Shown here: piece after piece, positions 1 through 8,998 of the stretch | Layout of the letters: every line of letters begins with the position of its first letter | Position numbering within the stretch: the first letter of the stretch is position 1 | IMG/VR virus record: IMGVR_UViG_3300021197_001433 | Coordinates: 5,384-69,383 of that record | Source of the DNA: a virus | Strand: one strand, 5' to 3' | DNA: 64,000 bases | Notes under the pieces: generated by a model | Seen by the model: the letters and a program-made list of their open reading frames with translations, nothing else | The model's database searches: none | Told to the model about the DNA's origin: nothing | Program-made: the position numbers and the translations under genes

Positions 1-53
1 TAATGGTATAGCACATATACGCAGAGTATATAATAACTTGGAGAAACTTAGAA

Positions 54-695
54 ATGTATAAACGTATTCTTGCAATTGGTGCGCATCCAGATGATGTTGA
101 ATTAGGATGTGCTGGCACATTGTTAAAGTTTCGGGCACTGGGTGCTGATGTAGACATTGTAGTTGCTCGTGATGACAATGCGCCTCGTCCAAGTGTGCGC
201 AGAGACAGAGCACAAATGCAAAGAGAGTATCAAGACAGTGAACGTGTATTAGGCATTCCATTTAATATTATGACTAATCCAGTTGACGCCACAGGCAGAC
301 CAAGACTGGAATGGAATAGTGCAAGTGTTACTGAAATGGATGCAGTAGTAAATGCAAAAGACTATGATTTAATTATTACACATAGTAAAGGTGACCATCA
401 CAACGATCATCAAAGTACTTTTAATATTGTTAACAGTAGCCTGCGCAGATACCGAGGAGAATTTTGGTGCATGGAAGGTGGACCTTATAGTAATAAAAAT
501 AAAACATTTACTCCAAATATATTTGTTGACATTTCGGACTTGATTGATCAGAAGTTAGATAGTATAATGTGTTATACAAGTTATTTTGATGAAACATTAT
601 TGCATAATATTCGAGGTCTTGCAGCATATCGCGGACAAATGCTGGGTGTACAATACGCAGAAGCATTTGATTTACAGTACAGGAATATACGATGA
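54..695 (+). CDS. PIG-L/LmbE family N-acetylhexosamine deacetylase
   Basis: AIGAHPDDVELG metal motif, HSKGDHHNDH second motif and C-terminal YAEAF, all typical of the PIG-L family. Confidence 0.9.
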   Translation: MYKRILAIGAHPDDVELGCAGTLLKFRALGADVDIVVARDDNAPRPSVRRDRAQMQREYQDSERVLGIPFNIMTNPVDATGRPRLEWNSASVTEMDAVVNAKDYDLIITHSKGDHHNDHQSTFNIVNSSLRRYRGEFWCMEGGPYSNKNKTFTPNIFVDISDLIDQKLDSIMCYTSYFDETLLHNIRGLAAYRGQMLGVQYAEAFDLQYRNIR

Positions 696-1675
696 AAAGA
701 ATACTTATACTAGGTGGTCATGGATTTATTGGCAGTCATACTGCTAACTTATTAAAAGCACAGGGACATACAATAGGTGTAGTGGATTGTTATCACAAAT
801 ACTATACTTTTCCAAAAGATGAATATGATTGTGTACTAGAACAACGGCAGACTCATTGCGGTGCAGATCAAGTATTCCCAGGACAAATTGAGGATCCTGT
901 GTTTATGGAAAACACATTTAAACAGTTTAAACCCAACATTGTTATTCATGTTGCTACATATCCAAATGCTTACATGGTTAAGCGTAACGTGATTGATGCA
1001 ACAGGTAATATGATAACTGCTACTGCAGTAACACTGGATCTGTGTGTAGAACACAATGTGGAACGTATTGTGTTTGCTAGTAGTAGTATGGTATATGGTG
1101 ACTTTACTAGTGATGCGCCTGTTGAAACAGCAAGAACAGATCCTCTTACACTGTATGGTAGTTACAAACTACAGGGCGAAAAAATGTGTCAGATTTGGCA
1201 ACGTGAAAAAGGATTAGAATATACTATCCTACGCCCTAGTGCCTTGTACGGAACAAGAGATATGATAGTGCGTGTAATTAGTAAACTAGCAGAAGCAGCA
1301 CTTACCACTGGAGAACTGCGTGTACAAGGTCCTGATAATAAATTGGACTTTAGTTGGGTGGAAGATGTTGCTAGTGCTTTTGCTACAGCCGCTACACACA
1401 AAAATTGTGCTAATGAAATTTTTAATTGCACTAGGGGCAAAGGTCGCACTATTATGGAAGCCGCTGAAATGGTACAAGCACGTTTAGGCGGAAGTATTAC
1501 TACACTACCGCATGATGATTTCTACCCTAATAGGGATACACTTACTAGCAACAAACTAAAAAATTGCACAGATTGGAATCCTCGCATGGATATTGAAAGA
1601 GGTATTCCGCAGTATTTAGATTGGTTATTGGAACAACCCTACACAAAGAAACTACCACGTTATGAAAGCATTTAA
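692..1675 (+). CDS. NAD-dependent nucleotide-sugar epimerase/dehydratase (extended SDR)
   Basis: GGHGFIG Rossmann motif, ASSSMVYG, catalytic YGSYK; ATGA overlap with the upstream gene. Confidence 0.92.
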   Translation: MKRILILGGHGFIGSHTANLLKAQGHTIGVVDCYHKYYTFPKDEYDCVLEQRQTHCGADQVFPGQIEDPVFMENTFKQFKPNIVIHVATYPNAYMVKRNVIDATGNMITATAVTLDLCVEHNVERIVFASSSMVYGDFTSDAPVETARTDPLTLYGSYKLQGEKMCQIWQREKGLEYTILRPSALYGTRDMIVRVISKLAEAALTTGELRVQGPDNKLDFSWVEDVASAFATAATHKNCANEIFNCTRGKGRTIMEAAEMVQARLGGSITTLPHDDFYPNRDTLTSNKLKNCTDWNPRMDIERGIPQYLDWLLEQPYTKKLPRYESI

Positions 1676-2681
1676 TTTAGATAGACACTGGAACGAAGTA
1701 TGTGGCAAGGTATCACGTCTTGCTAATAAACAAATGTGTAAAGGTGTATTTCAACGTGGCGAACTAACACTGGAACTTGAACAGCGCATCTGTAAATTAA
1801 CAGATCGCAATTTCTGTGCAACCTATGGCAGTGGCACTGCAGCATTAACACAGGGTTTACGGAATCTTAATTTACCCAGGGGTTCAGAAGTTCTAGTACC
1901 TGCATACACATGGATTAGCAGTGTAAGTGCAATTAGTCTTGCAGGACTTAAACCTGTATTTTGTGATGTAGATGCTTTTTATCACATTGATTTGACAAAA
2001 GCGGCAAGTAAAATTACAAGTAATACTAGAGTTTTACTGTACGTTACACTACTTGGAAACCCTAGTGTAAGTAATGTAGGGGCATGGTGTACTAGAAATG
2101 GCTTGCTACTGGTTGAGGATGCTGCACAAAGTTTTGGTGCTAGGCTTAGTGATGCAGTTTTTAGTATGCTAAGTTTTAGTCCAACAAAACCCTGCACTAG
2201 TTTTGGTAGTGGTGGTGCAATAGTAACAAATGATGCTGAAGTTGCAGAACTAGCAACACTGGGTAGATTGCATGGCAAGCGCGTCAACAGTGATGTAACA
2301 AATACACTTGGTATCAACAGTGTGATGAGTACACATGAAGTTGCAAGTGTGCTAGTAAACTTGGATTACATGGACACACATCAACAGAGGCGCAAAGATA
2401 TTGCAAGCCAGTATTACAAAGAACTTACTGGTGTTGTAGAGTTTGCTAGATACAGAGAGTCTAGTACATATAGCAAGTACGTTATTAGACACGCAAACAG
2501 AGATAATATGCCTGGTACTCTGCATTATCCTGTACTGCCTCCAACCGAAAAACCTTATCAGCAAACAGTTCCAAAAATGGCTGCACAATTACAGAGTACA
2601 AGTATTACACTTCCTAACTGTGCATATATGACAGATCAAGAAGTTGAATCAGTTATAAAGGCTGTCAAATCGGCTGCGTAG
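1662..2681 (+). CDS. DegT/DnrJ/EryC1/StrS family PLP-dependent sugar aminotransferase
   Basis: SGTAAL, VPAYTW, PVFCDV, EDAAQSFG, and SFSPTK carrying the PLP lysine. Confidence 0.9.
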   Translation: MKAFNLDRHWNEVCGKVSRLANKQMCKGVFQRGELTLELEQRICKLTDRNFCATYGSGTAALTQGLRNLNLPRGSEVLVPAYTWISSVSAISLAGLKPVFCDVDAFYHIDLTKAASKITSNTRVLLYVTLLGNPSVSNVGAWCTRNGLLLVEDAAQSFGARLSDAVFSMLSFSPTKPCTSFGSGGAIVTNDAEVAELATLGRLHGKRVNSDVTNTLGINSVMSTHEVASVLVNLDYMDTHQQRRKDIASQYYKELTGVVEFARYRESSTYSKYVIRHANRDNMPGTLHYPVLPPTEKPYQQTVPKMAAQLQSTSITLPNCAYMTDQEVESVIKAVKSAA

Positions 2682-3875
2682 CCACTGCCAATCATTTATT
2701 TGTTTGAGATCTTCTCCAGTTTTAGCAAACTCCGCTCCATCATTTGCTCCTCGTAGCACCCATTCACTATGGTCTCCGTGTGCATGTGTACACCACACTT
2801 CTAGTCTATGCCGTGTTTCAATGTCCACTTGTCCTGGTATACAACGACTTTGTAGTTTAGTACATTCACGAAATGCTGTGCGCCATGCACGATATGGATC
2901 CTCTGCAAAATGTGCAAATGCACTAAGTTCTGGGACAACTTGTATTGGAAAACTTGTAGTAAAGTCTACACCAAAATCATCTACTTCAGTGTTTAATAGT
3001 AAATCACAGTTATATAATATCACTCCCATTGTTCCATATTCTAGATCATTGCTCATGTTGCGAGCATTAAAAATGTAATGACTGGGTGTGCGCAATCTAT
3101 CAGGTAAAAAATCAAATCCGAAGTCTGGATTAATTTGTGTTTTTGCAAATACTGCAAAGTAATGATCTGTGTCACTTATCTCAGCCGCACGGCGTAGTGC
3201 ATTAAGTTGTCCTTCAACTCCGTGTAATCTCTTTGCCTGCGGATAGGATTTTTTTAGTATATCGTAGTTTAAATCGGCGTTTTTTTCGTCATAGGAAATG
3301 AACACTACATCTTGTGTCTTTTCATCTACTTTATAGTCAGTATGACGCAATATGTATGGGTAGTCATAGTACTGTGTCCGAAAATGCTGTTTACAGTCAC
3401 GTGGCACTAGTAGTACGCTACCGTTTGTGCCAAAGGCGTGTAGATTGCGTTTTTCCCATAAATTAGGTTGAAAATCAAATCGTGCATCACTGTAGTATAC
3501 CCAGTCATACATGTTGCCCAGTGTTGGTCTAGGCACACCATCGCTATGCCAGTTGATATGCTCGTACCAACCGAGAACCTTAAGGTCACCTGCTTGACGC
3601 TTAAAAGCGTCTACAGGTACTAAAAAAGTATCACCAAACTGTTGATCACCACTTGCCCAGCAGTGTATTTGTGTTGCTTCCCAGGGTACAGGTTGCCATG
3701 TAAAATCAAAGTCTGTGTAGTCACATAGATCACTTACAACCCATACATATTCTGTGGTTGCACGTTCTACTATGCGTTTGATAGTGGCTAGATGTGTATT
3801 GTTATAGCGTGTGTATTTTGTGTGTGCAGGCAGTTGTGCTGTACCGCCCATTTGCATGCAGTATATGTCAAACAT
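2649..3875 (-). CDS. Two-domain phage glycosyltransferase-like protein
   Basis: C-terminal half (DVVFISYDE...RLHGVEG...AWRTAFREC) resembles 16286..17200 (GT-A-like). ATG at 3875 overlaps the upstream stop; the ORF track starts at TTG 3890. Confidence 0.55.
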   Translation of the reverse strand: MFDIYCMQMGGTAQLPAHTKYTRYNNTHLATIKRIVERATTEYVWVVSDLCDYTDFDFTWQPVPWEATQIHCWASGDQQFGDTFLVPVDAFKRQAGDLKVLGWYEHINWHSDGVPRPTLGNMYDWVYYSDARFDFQPNLWEKRNLHAFGTNGSVLLVPRDCKQHFRTQYYDYPYILRHTDYKVDEKTQDVVFISYDEKNADLNYDILKKSYPQAKRLHGVEGQLNALRRAAEISDTDHYFAVFAKTQINPDFGFDFLPDRLRTPSHYIFNARNMSNDLEYGTMGVILYNCDLLLNTEVDDFGVDFTTSFPIQVVPELSAFAHFAEDPYRAWRTAFRECTKLQSRCIPGQVDIETRHRLEVWCTHAHGDHSEWVLRGANDGAEFAKTGEDLKQINDWQWLRSRFDSLYN

Positions 3876-4170
3876 CCCAGCCCAACGCAAACTTGGTTTC
3901 TTCAGGAATCATATCAGGACCAAAAGGAGGATCCCATACTAATTCACGTTCCACTTTATTAACACCTTCAACAGCCATTACTGCATCATAGATGTCCTGA
4001 CAAATCTGATCTGCAAAAGGACACATCATACTTGTAAGCGTATGCTTTACAATTACACTTTCTTCTGCAACATCCAAGTGGTATATTAACCCAAGATCAT
4101 ATACATTAATGCTAATCTCAGGATCATGCACTGTGCGCAATGCTGCAATTACAAGTTCTTCACTTACCAT
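3868..4170 (-). CDS. DUF59/MIP18 (SufT/PaaD-like) Fe-S cluster assembly protein
   Basis: ALRTVHDPEISINVYDLGLIY, TLTSMMCP and VWDPP are DUF59 hallmarks. Confidence 0.9.
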   Translation of the reverse strand: MVSEELVIAALRTVHDPEISINVYDLGLIYHLDVAEESVIVKHTLTSMMCPFADQICQDIYDAVMAVEGVNKVERELVWDPPFGPDMIPEETKFALGWDV

Positions 4171-4676
4171 ATAGGACTTGGTTCCTCTGTTATTCTATAA
4201 CTCTGATATATGCTCATGCGCCTTTTTGTAACAGGCGAGCGCATGCCATGTTCATGTTGCGTGGGGTTAAACATCAAGTACCCACCATTTTTAATGTAAG
4301 GAACACTGCGCCACATGCCATCTATGTAACAGTGGGTACCCATACTTTCGTCACCTTTGCAAAGATATATCTGTACATTAGCACTTAGATTAGGACTTAA
4401 ATCTTTGTGTACTTCATTAATATAACCTTCATAATCATACCATAACTGTGTTGCATTAGCAAAACACGGTGTAGCAAAATATTCTTGTATCTTTTTTTCT
4501 ATTTCAGGTAAGTGCAGTCCTTTTTTATAGTGTCCTTCGTCTCTGTTTAGTGCCCCTTGTCCCAAGCGTTGCCAGCAGTCTCGCTGTTTGAAATACTTGC
4601 GTAGTTTCTTTATTGTTGCTTTATCAAATGCATCTTCGATACGATAAAAGTCATCATGCAATTTCACTAACTGCAT
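4164..4676 (-). CDS. 2OG-Fe(II) oxygenase-like protein
   Basis: HKD (HxD), later QIYL, HEHG and RRMS fit the double-stranded beta-helix facial triad plus the 2OG-binding RxS. Confidence 0.65.
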   Translation of the reverse strand: MQLVKLHDDFYRIEDAFDKATIKKLRKYFKQRDCWQRLGQGALNRDEGHYKKGLHLPEIEKKIQEYFATPCFANATQLWYDYEGYINEVHKDLSPNLSANVQIYLCKGDESMGTHCYIDGMWRSVPYIKNGGYLMFNPTQHEHGMRSPVTKRRMSIYQSYRITEEPSPIW

Positions 4677-6154
4677 ACTGTTACTCCATAACGTTCTTCA
4701 AATCTATCTGCATCACTGCGATTGTTTACCATTGGTTCGCCTTTGATATTTAAACTTGTGTTTAATAGCAGTGGACAACCTGTCAAAAAATACCACTTTT
4801 CAAGCAGCGCACGAACACCTGGATGATCGTTTTTGCCCACAGTTTGTACTCTAGCAGTTTCATCTTTATGCACAATAGCAGGATATAGTTCTGGGTTCTT
4901 TAAATAGTACACACCCTGCATATATGGATTTGTATCTCCGTGCATGTTAAAAACATCTTCAGCATGTTCTTCTAATACCATTGGTGCAAACGGACGGAAC
5001 TTTTGTCTACGCTTTATTTCATTTACACGATCTTTAATATCCTCACCGCGTGGATCAGCAAGCAAACTTCTAGTGCCCAATGCTCTTGGTCCAAACTCTG
5101 CACGACCAGTAGCAACACCTACAATTTTATCAGTCATTAATTTTCCAATAACTGCATCAACAGGATACTCGCCTCCCATGTCATGTCCTAGATAAGGACC
5201 TTCCCACTGTAACCGTTTTCCATACATCAGTGCTGCAGCACCCAAACTACTACCGCAGTCACCTGGGTTAGGCATAATCCACAATTTGCGACAGTATCCA
5301 CTAAGCATGCTATTTGCTACGCAGTTTAGAGCAACACCGCCCATGAACACTACATTGTCTCGTCTCGTACAATGCTTTTGAAATATACCGCGCAGTAATT
5401 GCTCTAGAACTCGTTGCGCGCCAGCAGCAATATCATACTCCGTTAATCCTGTGCCTGCGAAATGATCCTCATCAATACCTGTGTGTAAGTTGTCTACAAA
5501 CTGTACTAGATCCTCGTCTTTAACAAGTTTTAGATTTTCTTGGTATGCATCCAAATAACTTTTGCCATATGCTGCCATGCCCATTAAAATGTATTCATCT
5601 TCCATGGGCTTTAATCCAACATACTTTGTTACTGCACTGTAGTAAAGTCCAATACTGTGAGGATACTGCTGGCTCCAGATCTTTTTATATCGTGCAATGC
5701 CTTTGCCCAATATTTGTGGTTCATACCAAGCATCCCAAACACTGATTGTATCCCATTCACCAATAGCATCCACTACTATAACTTTTGCACTGTCAAAAGG
5801 ACTGGTTTGAAATCCTGCTGCAGCGTGACACTTATGATGACCATAACTTTGGACAGGTGCCCACATACGATGTTTGCGTAATATATTTTTTGGTGTTGTG
5901 CTAAAGTCCAGTGCTTTACGCCATTCGCCACTGTATAACTGTCGTGTGCGCTTTGACCAGTGATTCTCGTACCATGCTATGTGATTGGGCTCGCCATAAC
6001 TGCATGCATCTTCAATCAGTGCATCATTTAAGTTAGCATCATTCTTTATGCCGCTATAACGCTCTGCATGTCCAGCAAAAAGGATATCACCTCGTTTATT
6101 AATTAGTGTTGCGCCAGCATCGTGGAAGCCTGCACTAAGTCCTAGAATTGTCAT
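4667..6154 (-). CDS. O-carbamoyltransferase (NodU/CmcH/TobZ family)
   Basis: FHDAG, HHKCHAA, VDAIGE, GGVALNC, EFGPRALG.RS, RPFAP, LLNTSLN..GEP. Confidence 0.95.
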   Translation of the reverse strand: MTILGLSAGFHDAGATLINKRGDILFAGHAERYSGIKNDANLNDALIEDACSYGEPNHIAWYENHWSKRTRQLYSGEWRKALDFSTTPKNILRKHRMWAPVQSYGHHKCHAAAGFQTSPFDSAKVIVVDAIGEWDTISVWDAWYEPQILGKGIARYKKIWSQQYPHSIGLYYSAVTKYVGLKPMEDEYILMGMAAYGKSYLDAYQENLKLVKDEDLVQFVDNLHTGIDEDHFAGTGLTEYDIAAGAQRVLEQLLRGIFQKHCTRRDNVVFMGGVALNCVANSMLSGYCRKLWIMPNPGDCGSSLGAAALMYGKRLQWEGPYLGHDMGGEYPVDAVIGKLMTDKIVGVATGRAEFGPRALGTRSLLADPRGEDIKDRVNEIKRRQKFRPFAPMVLEEHAEDVFNMHGDTNPYMQGVYYLKNPELYPAIVHKDETARVQTVGKNDHPGVRALLEKWYFLTGCPLLLNTSLNIKGEPMVNNRSDADRFEERYGVTVCS

Positions 6155-6302
6155 CGTTTAATACCCATGTCTTGCTACAATAATAACATACTGCAACTGG
6201 TCTGTCTAGTGTTATTTTTATAGTAAACAGTGGATGAGATTTATCTGGACAACTTAGTGTGCAGGGTTCATCAACTGTAAATGTTTCTTTACTTTTCAAC
6301 AA
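6135..6302 (-). CDS. Small zinc-finger protein (zf-CHCC-like)
   Basis: C-x4-HP ... CYYC pattern. Start uncertain: TTG at 6302/6299 is likely; the ORF track extends to 6365, inside the upstream gene. Confidence 0.6.
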   Translation of the reverse strand: MLKSKETFTVDEPCTLSCPDKSHPLFTIKITLDRPVAVCYYCSKTWVLNDDNSRT

Positions 6303-7014
6303 ATGCTTTCTCTTGTACAAAATTTCCTGCACTGCGCTTACTGCCTTCAGTAAATCCTGTGTCAATGAACAAATTTTTCATGTCTGTATTAAAATCCATG
6401 CTGCCACATATCATAACTTTATCGCTGTCAGGTCTAATAAATTTCCAATATTCATCATTTGCAATATGTTCTTGTATGCGACCACCAAGCACACCCTGCG
6501 CAGGTGTCTCCTGAGTTACAGTTGGATAGTAATTATGAATGCTATCACTGAGCATCTCTTGTAAAAAATCATGGTAAGCAAGTAGTTCATCATTTGTTCT
6601 TACTGACCATGCTAGGTTTATTGTAGTAAAATTATTGTAGGTATCTGGATCTCTAAGTATACTAACAAATGGAGCAATGCCAGTACCAGTAGCAAATAAC
6701 CATAAATTGCCACCTAGTTCAATGTTTGCCATTGTAAGTGTGCCGCTGGTTCTTTCTTTTACTTCAAGTTTATCTCCAACATCTACATGTTGTAATTTAC
6801 TTGTTAGTGGACCGTCAGGTACTTTAATGCTGTAAAACTCAAGGTAGTCATCACCAGGGCCTGAGGTGAAACTATATGCCCTGGTAATGTTAGTTTCAGG
6901 TAAGCCAATCATTGTAAACTCACCTGCTGTAAATCTGAAACTACGAGGACGCTCTGTCCTCATACGAAACAGTGCGTCTGTATAGTGTTCTACTTCTGTA
7001 ATTGATAGTATCAT
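6289..7014 (-). CDS. fpr: Ferredoxin/flavodoxin-NADP(+) reductase
   Basis: FTAGEFTMIGL, RAYS, GPLTSKL, ATGTGIAPF, MICGS and the C-terminal EKAFVEK typical of bacterial Fpr. Confidence 0.92.
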   Translation of the reverse strand: MILSITEVEHYTDALFRMRTERPRSFRFTAGEFTMIGLPETNITRAYSFTSGPGDDYLEFYSIKVPDGPLTSKLQHVDVGDKLEVKERTSGTLTMANIELGGNLWLFATGTGIAPFVSILRDPDTYNNFTTINLAWSVRTNDELLAYHDFLQEMLSDSIHNYYPTVTQETPAQGVLGGRIQEHIANDEYWKFIRPDSDKVMICGSMDFNTDMKNLFIDTGFTEGSKRSAGNFVQEKAFVEK

Positions 7015-7106
7015 TTGTAAATAAATGGATCGCGCTTGCGCAGTTCTTTTAAACGTTTTCTATAACGTATTTCCATTTTAATTTTAGCAATTAATTTTTT
7101 AATCAA
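7011..7106 (-). CDS. Small basic 31-aa protein MIKKLIAKIKMEIRYRKRLKELRKRDPFIYK (not in ORF track)
   Basis: TTG start at 7106 overlaps the upstream stop; TGA at 7011-7013 overlaps the fpr ATG (ATGA coupling); it fills the gap exactly. Confidence 0.7.
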   Translation of the reverse strand: MIKKLIAKIKMEIRYRKRLKELRKRDPFIYK

Positions 7107-7473
7107 GTTCACCGTCTAGCCTCATTTCTTCTCTTATTTTTGTACCACTCACCTCATGTATTTTAGCACCTAAATCATGTTGTGTCAATGTGTAACCCAC
7201 ACCTCTTCCATAACTAATGTCTACGATATTTGGTACACGCATTATAATATAGTTTTCTGTATATGCATGACCTGCTGCCTCTAGTGAATCTCTAATGTTA
7301 TGCCATACTTGTTCGTAATCAAATGGATTATCTTCCCAGCCCTCTACATCACGCACCTGTATTACAACTTGTCCAGTTTCCTCTAGTGCCTGCTCAAATA
7401 GTGCAGTGTGTCCACTGTGCCAGGGTTGCCAGCGTCCCAATAATTGCACTGTGGGCTTTTTCCAATCAAACAT
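7099..7473 (-). CDS. Small HxGH nucleotidyltransferase (cytidylyltransferase-like)
   Basis: GRWQPWHSGH and C-terminal VSGTKIRE motifs. Confidence 0.8.
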   Translation of the reverse strand: MFDWKKPTVQLLGRWQPWHSGHTALFEQALEETGQVVIQVRDVEGWEDNPFDYEQVWHNIRDSLEAAGHAYTENYIIMRVPNIVDISYGRGVGYTLTQHDLGAKIHEVSGTKIREEMRLDGELD

Positions 7474-7916
7474 TATAATCTCTCCGTTGGTTTTCCTTGC
7501 TGAGCAAGCATGTAATTATTTACGACTTTTGTAAGTTCTGCATGTGTATCCTTAAACCAAGATGCTACATGATAGTTACAGTGTTGTACTGGTTCAAACA
7601 CAGCATTAGTATCTTCGTATCGACCTTCAGTAATAGTATCCATCCATACTGTGTAGTCTGCTGCAAACGCTGCGCGGGCTGCACTAGTAGGACAAACAAA
7701 GTCTGCTACTGCAATACGTCCTGCCAGTACTACACCATCTGCTAGATGTCTCATGCGCTGTGCTTGCCTCATGCGACCCTCGAGTGTAAAGTCCCAGTCA
7801 TCATACATTGTTCTTATTTTATCTGCGTTAAGCCATACACCGTTAATTAATTCACAAAACGGTTCTGCTAGTGTGCTTTTTCCACTACCAGGCAATCCGC
7901 ATATTAATATTTTCAT
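7473..7916 (-). CDS. Adenylyl-sulfate (APS) kinase-like P-loop kinase
   Basis: GLPGSGKST Walker A, LNADKIR, DFTLEGR, ADFVCP; short and divergent CysC-like. Confidence 0.75.
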   Translation of the reverse strand: MKILICGLPGSGKSTLAEPFCELINGVWLNADKIRTMYDDWDFTLEGRMRQAQRMRHLADGVVLAGRIAVADFVCPTSAARAAFAADYTVWMDTITEGRYEDTNAVFEPVQHCNYHVASWFKDTHAELTKVVNNYMLAQQGKPTERL

Positions 7917-8998
7917 CTAAGATTCTCGAGTTGTAGTTGTTCATGATCTGCACTACTCCAATGATAGTCATATGTAGCACTACTAGATCCACATTCTATT
8001 TTATAGATATCTAAATAATCGCCCATCTGTTTCCAGATGTCCTGGGCATCTGTTGTCCCAAAACTATTTAGCAGGTCAACTGAACCCAATTTTAAATATC
8101 CTAGACTAAGTTGCGGGTTATATGGATTAAAACCATTTTCTGTTAACCAACTACTGAATCCTTGAATCTCATCTCTATGCCAGGGTGCGTTTTCAAATGT
8201 AACATCATTGCCCCATTCAACGTCAAACTCACCGCTGTAGTATTTTAAATGTGTTATGGCTTCACAAACTGCGTCAGTAAGCACTGGAGCATGTTCGTCT
8301 CTGTACACCTCCATAAGTGTTTTGCCTATCTGACACCAGTGCATGTACACCCCACCCAGTTCTCTGTTGTAACCGTTTTCTAAAAACCCAATGCGATGCT
8401 CATCATCTAATAGATGGCGCGGTGTCCTAGTAAATTGTGTAATTTGACTAGGGCGTGTCCAGTATGGATTCTGCACAACTTTACGCTGGCTCATGCACAG
8501 ACTTTCTATTTCGTGACACAACAAATTAAGTTGTCTAATAGCATAGCGTATTTCCGCTGAGCAGTTTACTGTGTACTTGCTTGGATTTTCTACTGTGCCT
8601 TCCAGTACTTCAAAATGATTGTGTAGTATATTCATTACATCATGTTTAAGTACGAGACCTTTATTAACGGGATCGTCATCCATTCTGCCAATGGGATACT
8701 CTGGACCAAAACGTACTACATCAGGCGCAAACCATTCTTCAATATAATAATCCAATTCGCTTTGATTAATTGTAAAAATATGTCTGTTTAATTCCTTGCA
8801 CAGGTATTGTAAATCTCTTTGTGTATGTGGAAAACCATGGAAGCAATAATTCTTTTCAAGGTGCAAACTTTTTTGCAGCACATCCTGCTCCAGTGCCACT
8901 ATCCAGTCCTGTGCCATTTTATTATCACAGGGTACAATGTTGTAATCAATTGTTTCCTGTGTTTTGTAATTGCGTAAAACTATTTTAACAGATTTCAT
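7913..8998 (-). CDS. Hypothetical protein (361 aa)
   Basis: Long ORF coupled to neighbours; no motif recognised. Confidence 0.6.
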   Translation of the reverse strand: MKSVKIVLRNYKTQETIDYNIVPCDNKMAQDWIVALEQDVLQKSLHLEKNYCFHGFPHTQRDLQYLCKELNRHIFTINQSELDYYIEEWFAPDVVRFGPEYPIGRMDDDPVNKGLVLKHDVMNILHNHFEVLEGTVENPSKYTVNCSAEIRYAIRQLNLLCHEIESLCMSQRKVVQNPYWTRPSQITQFTRTPRHLLDDEHRIGFLENGYNRELGGVYMHWCQIGKTLMEVYRDEHAPVLTDAVCEAITHLKYYSGEFDVEWGNDVTFENAPWHRDEIQGFSSWLTENGFNPYNPQLSLGYLKLGSVDLLNSFGTTDAQDIWKQMGDYLDIYKIECGSSSATYDYHWSSADHEQLQLENLR

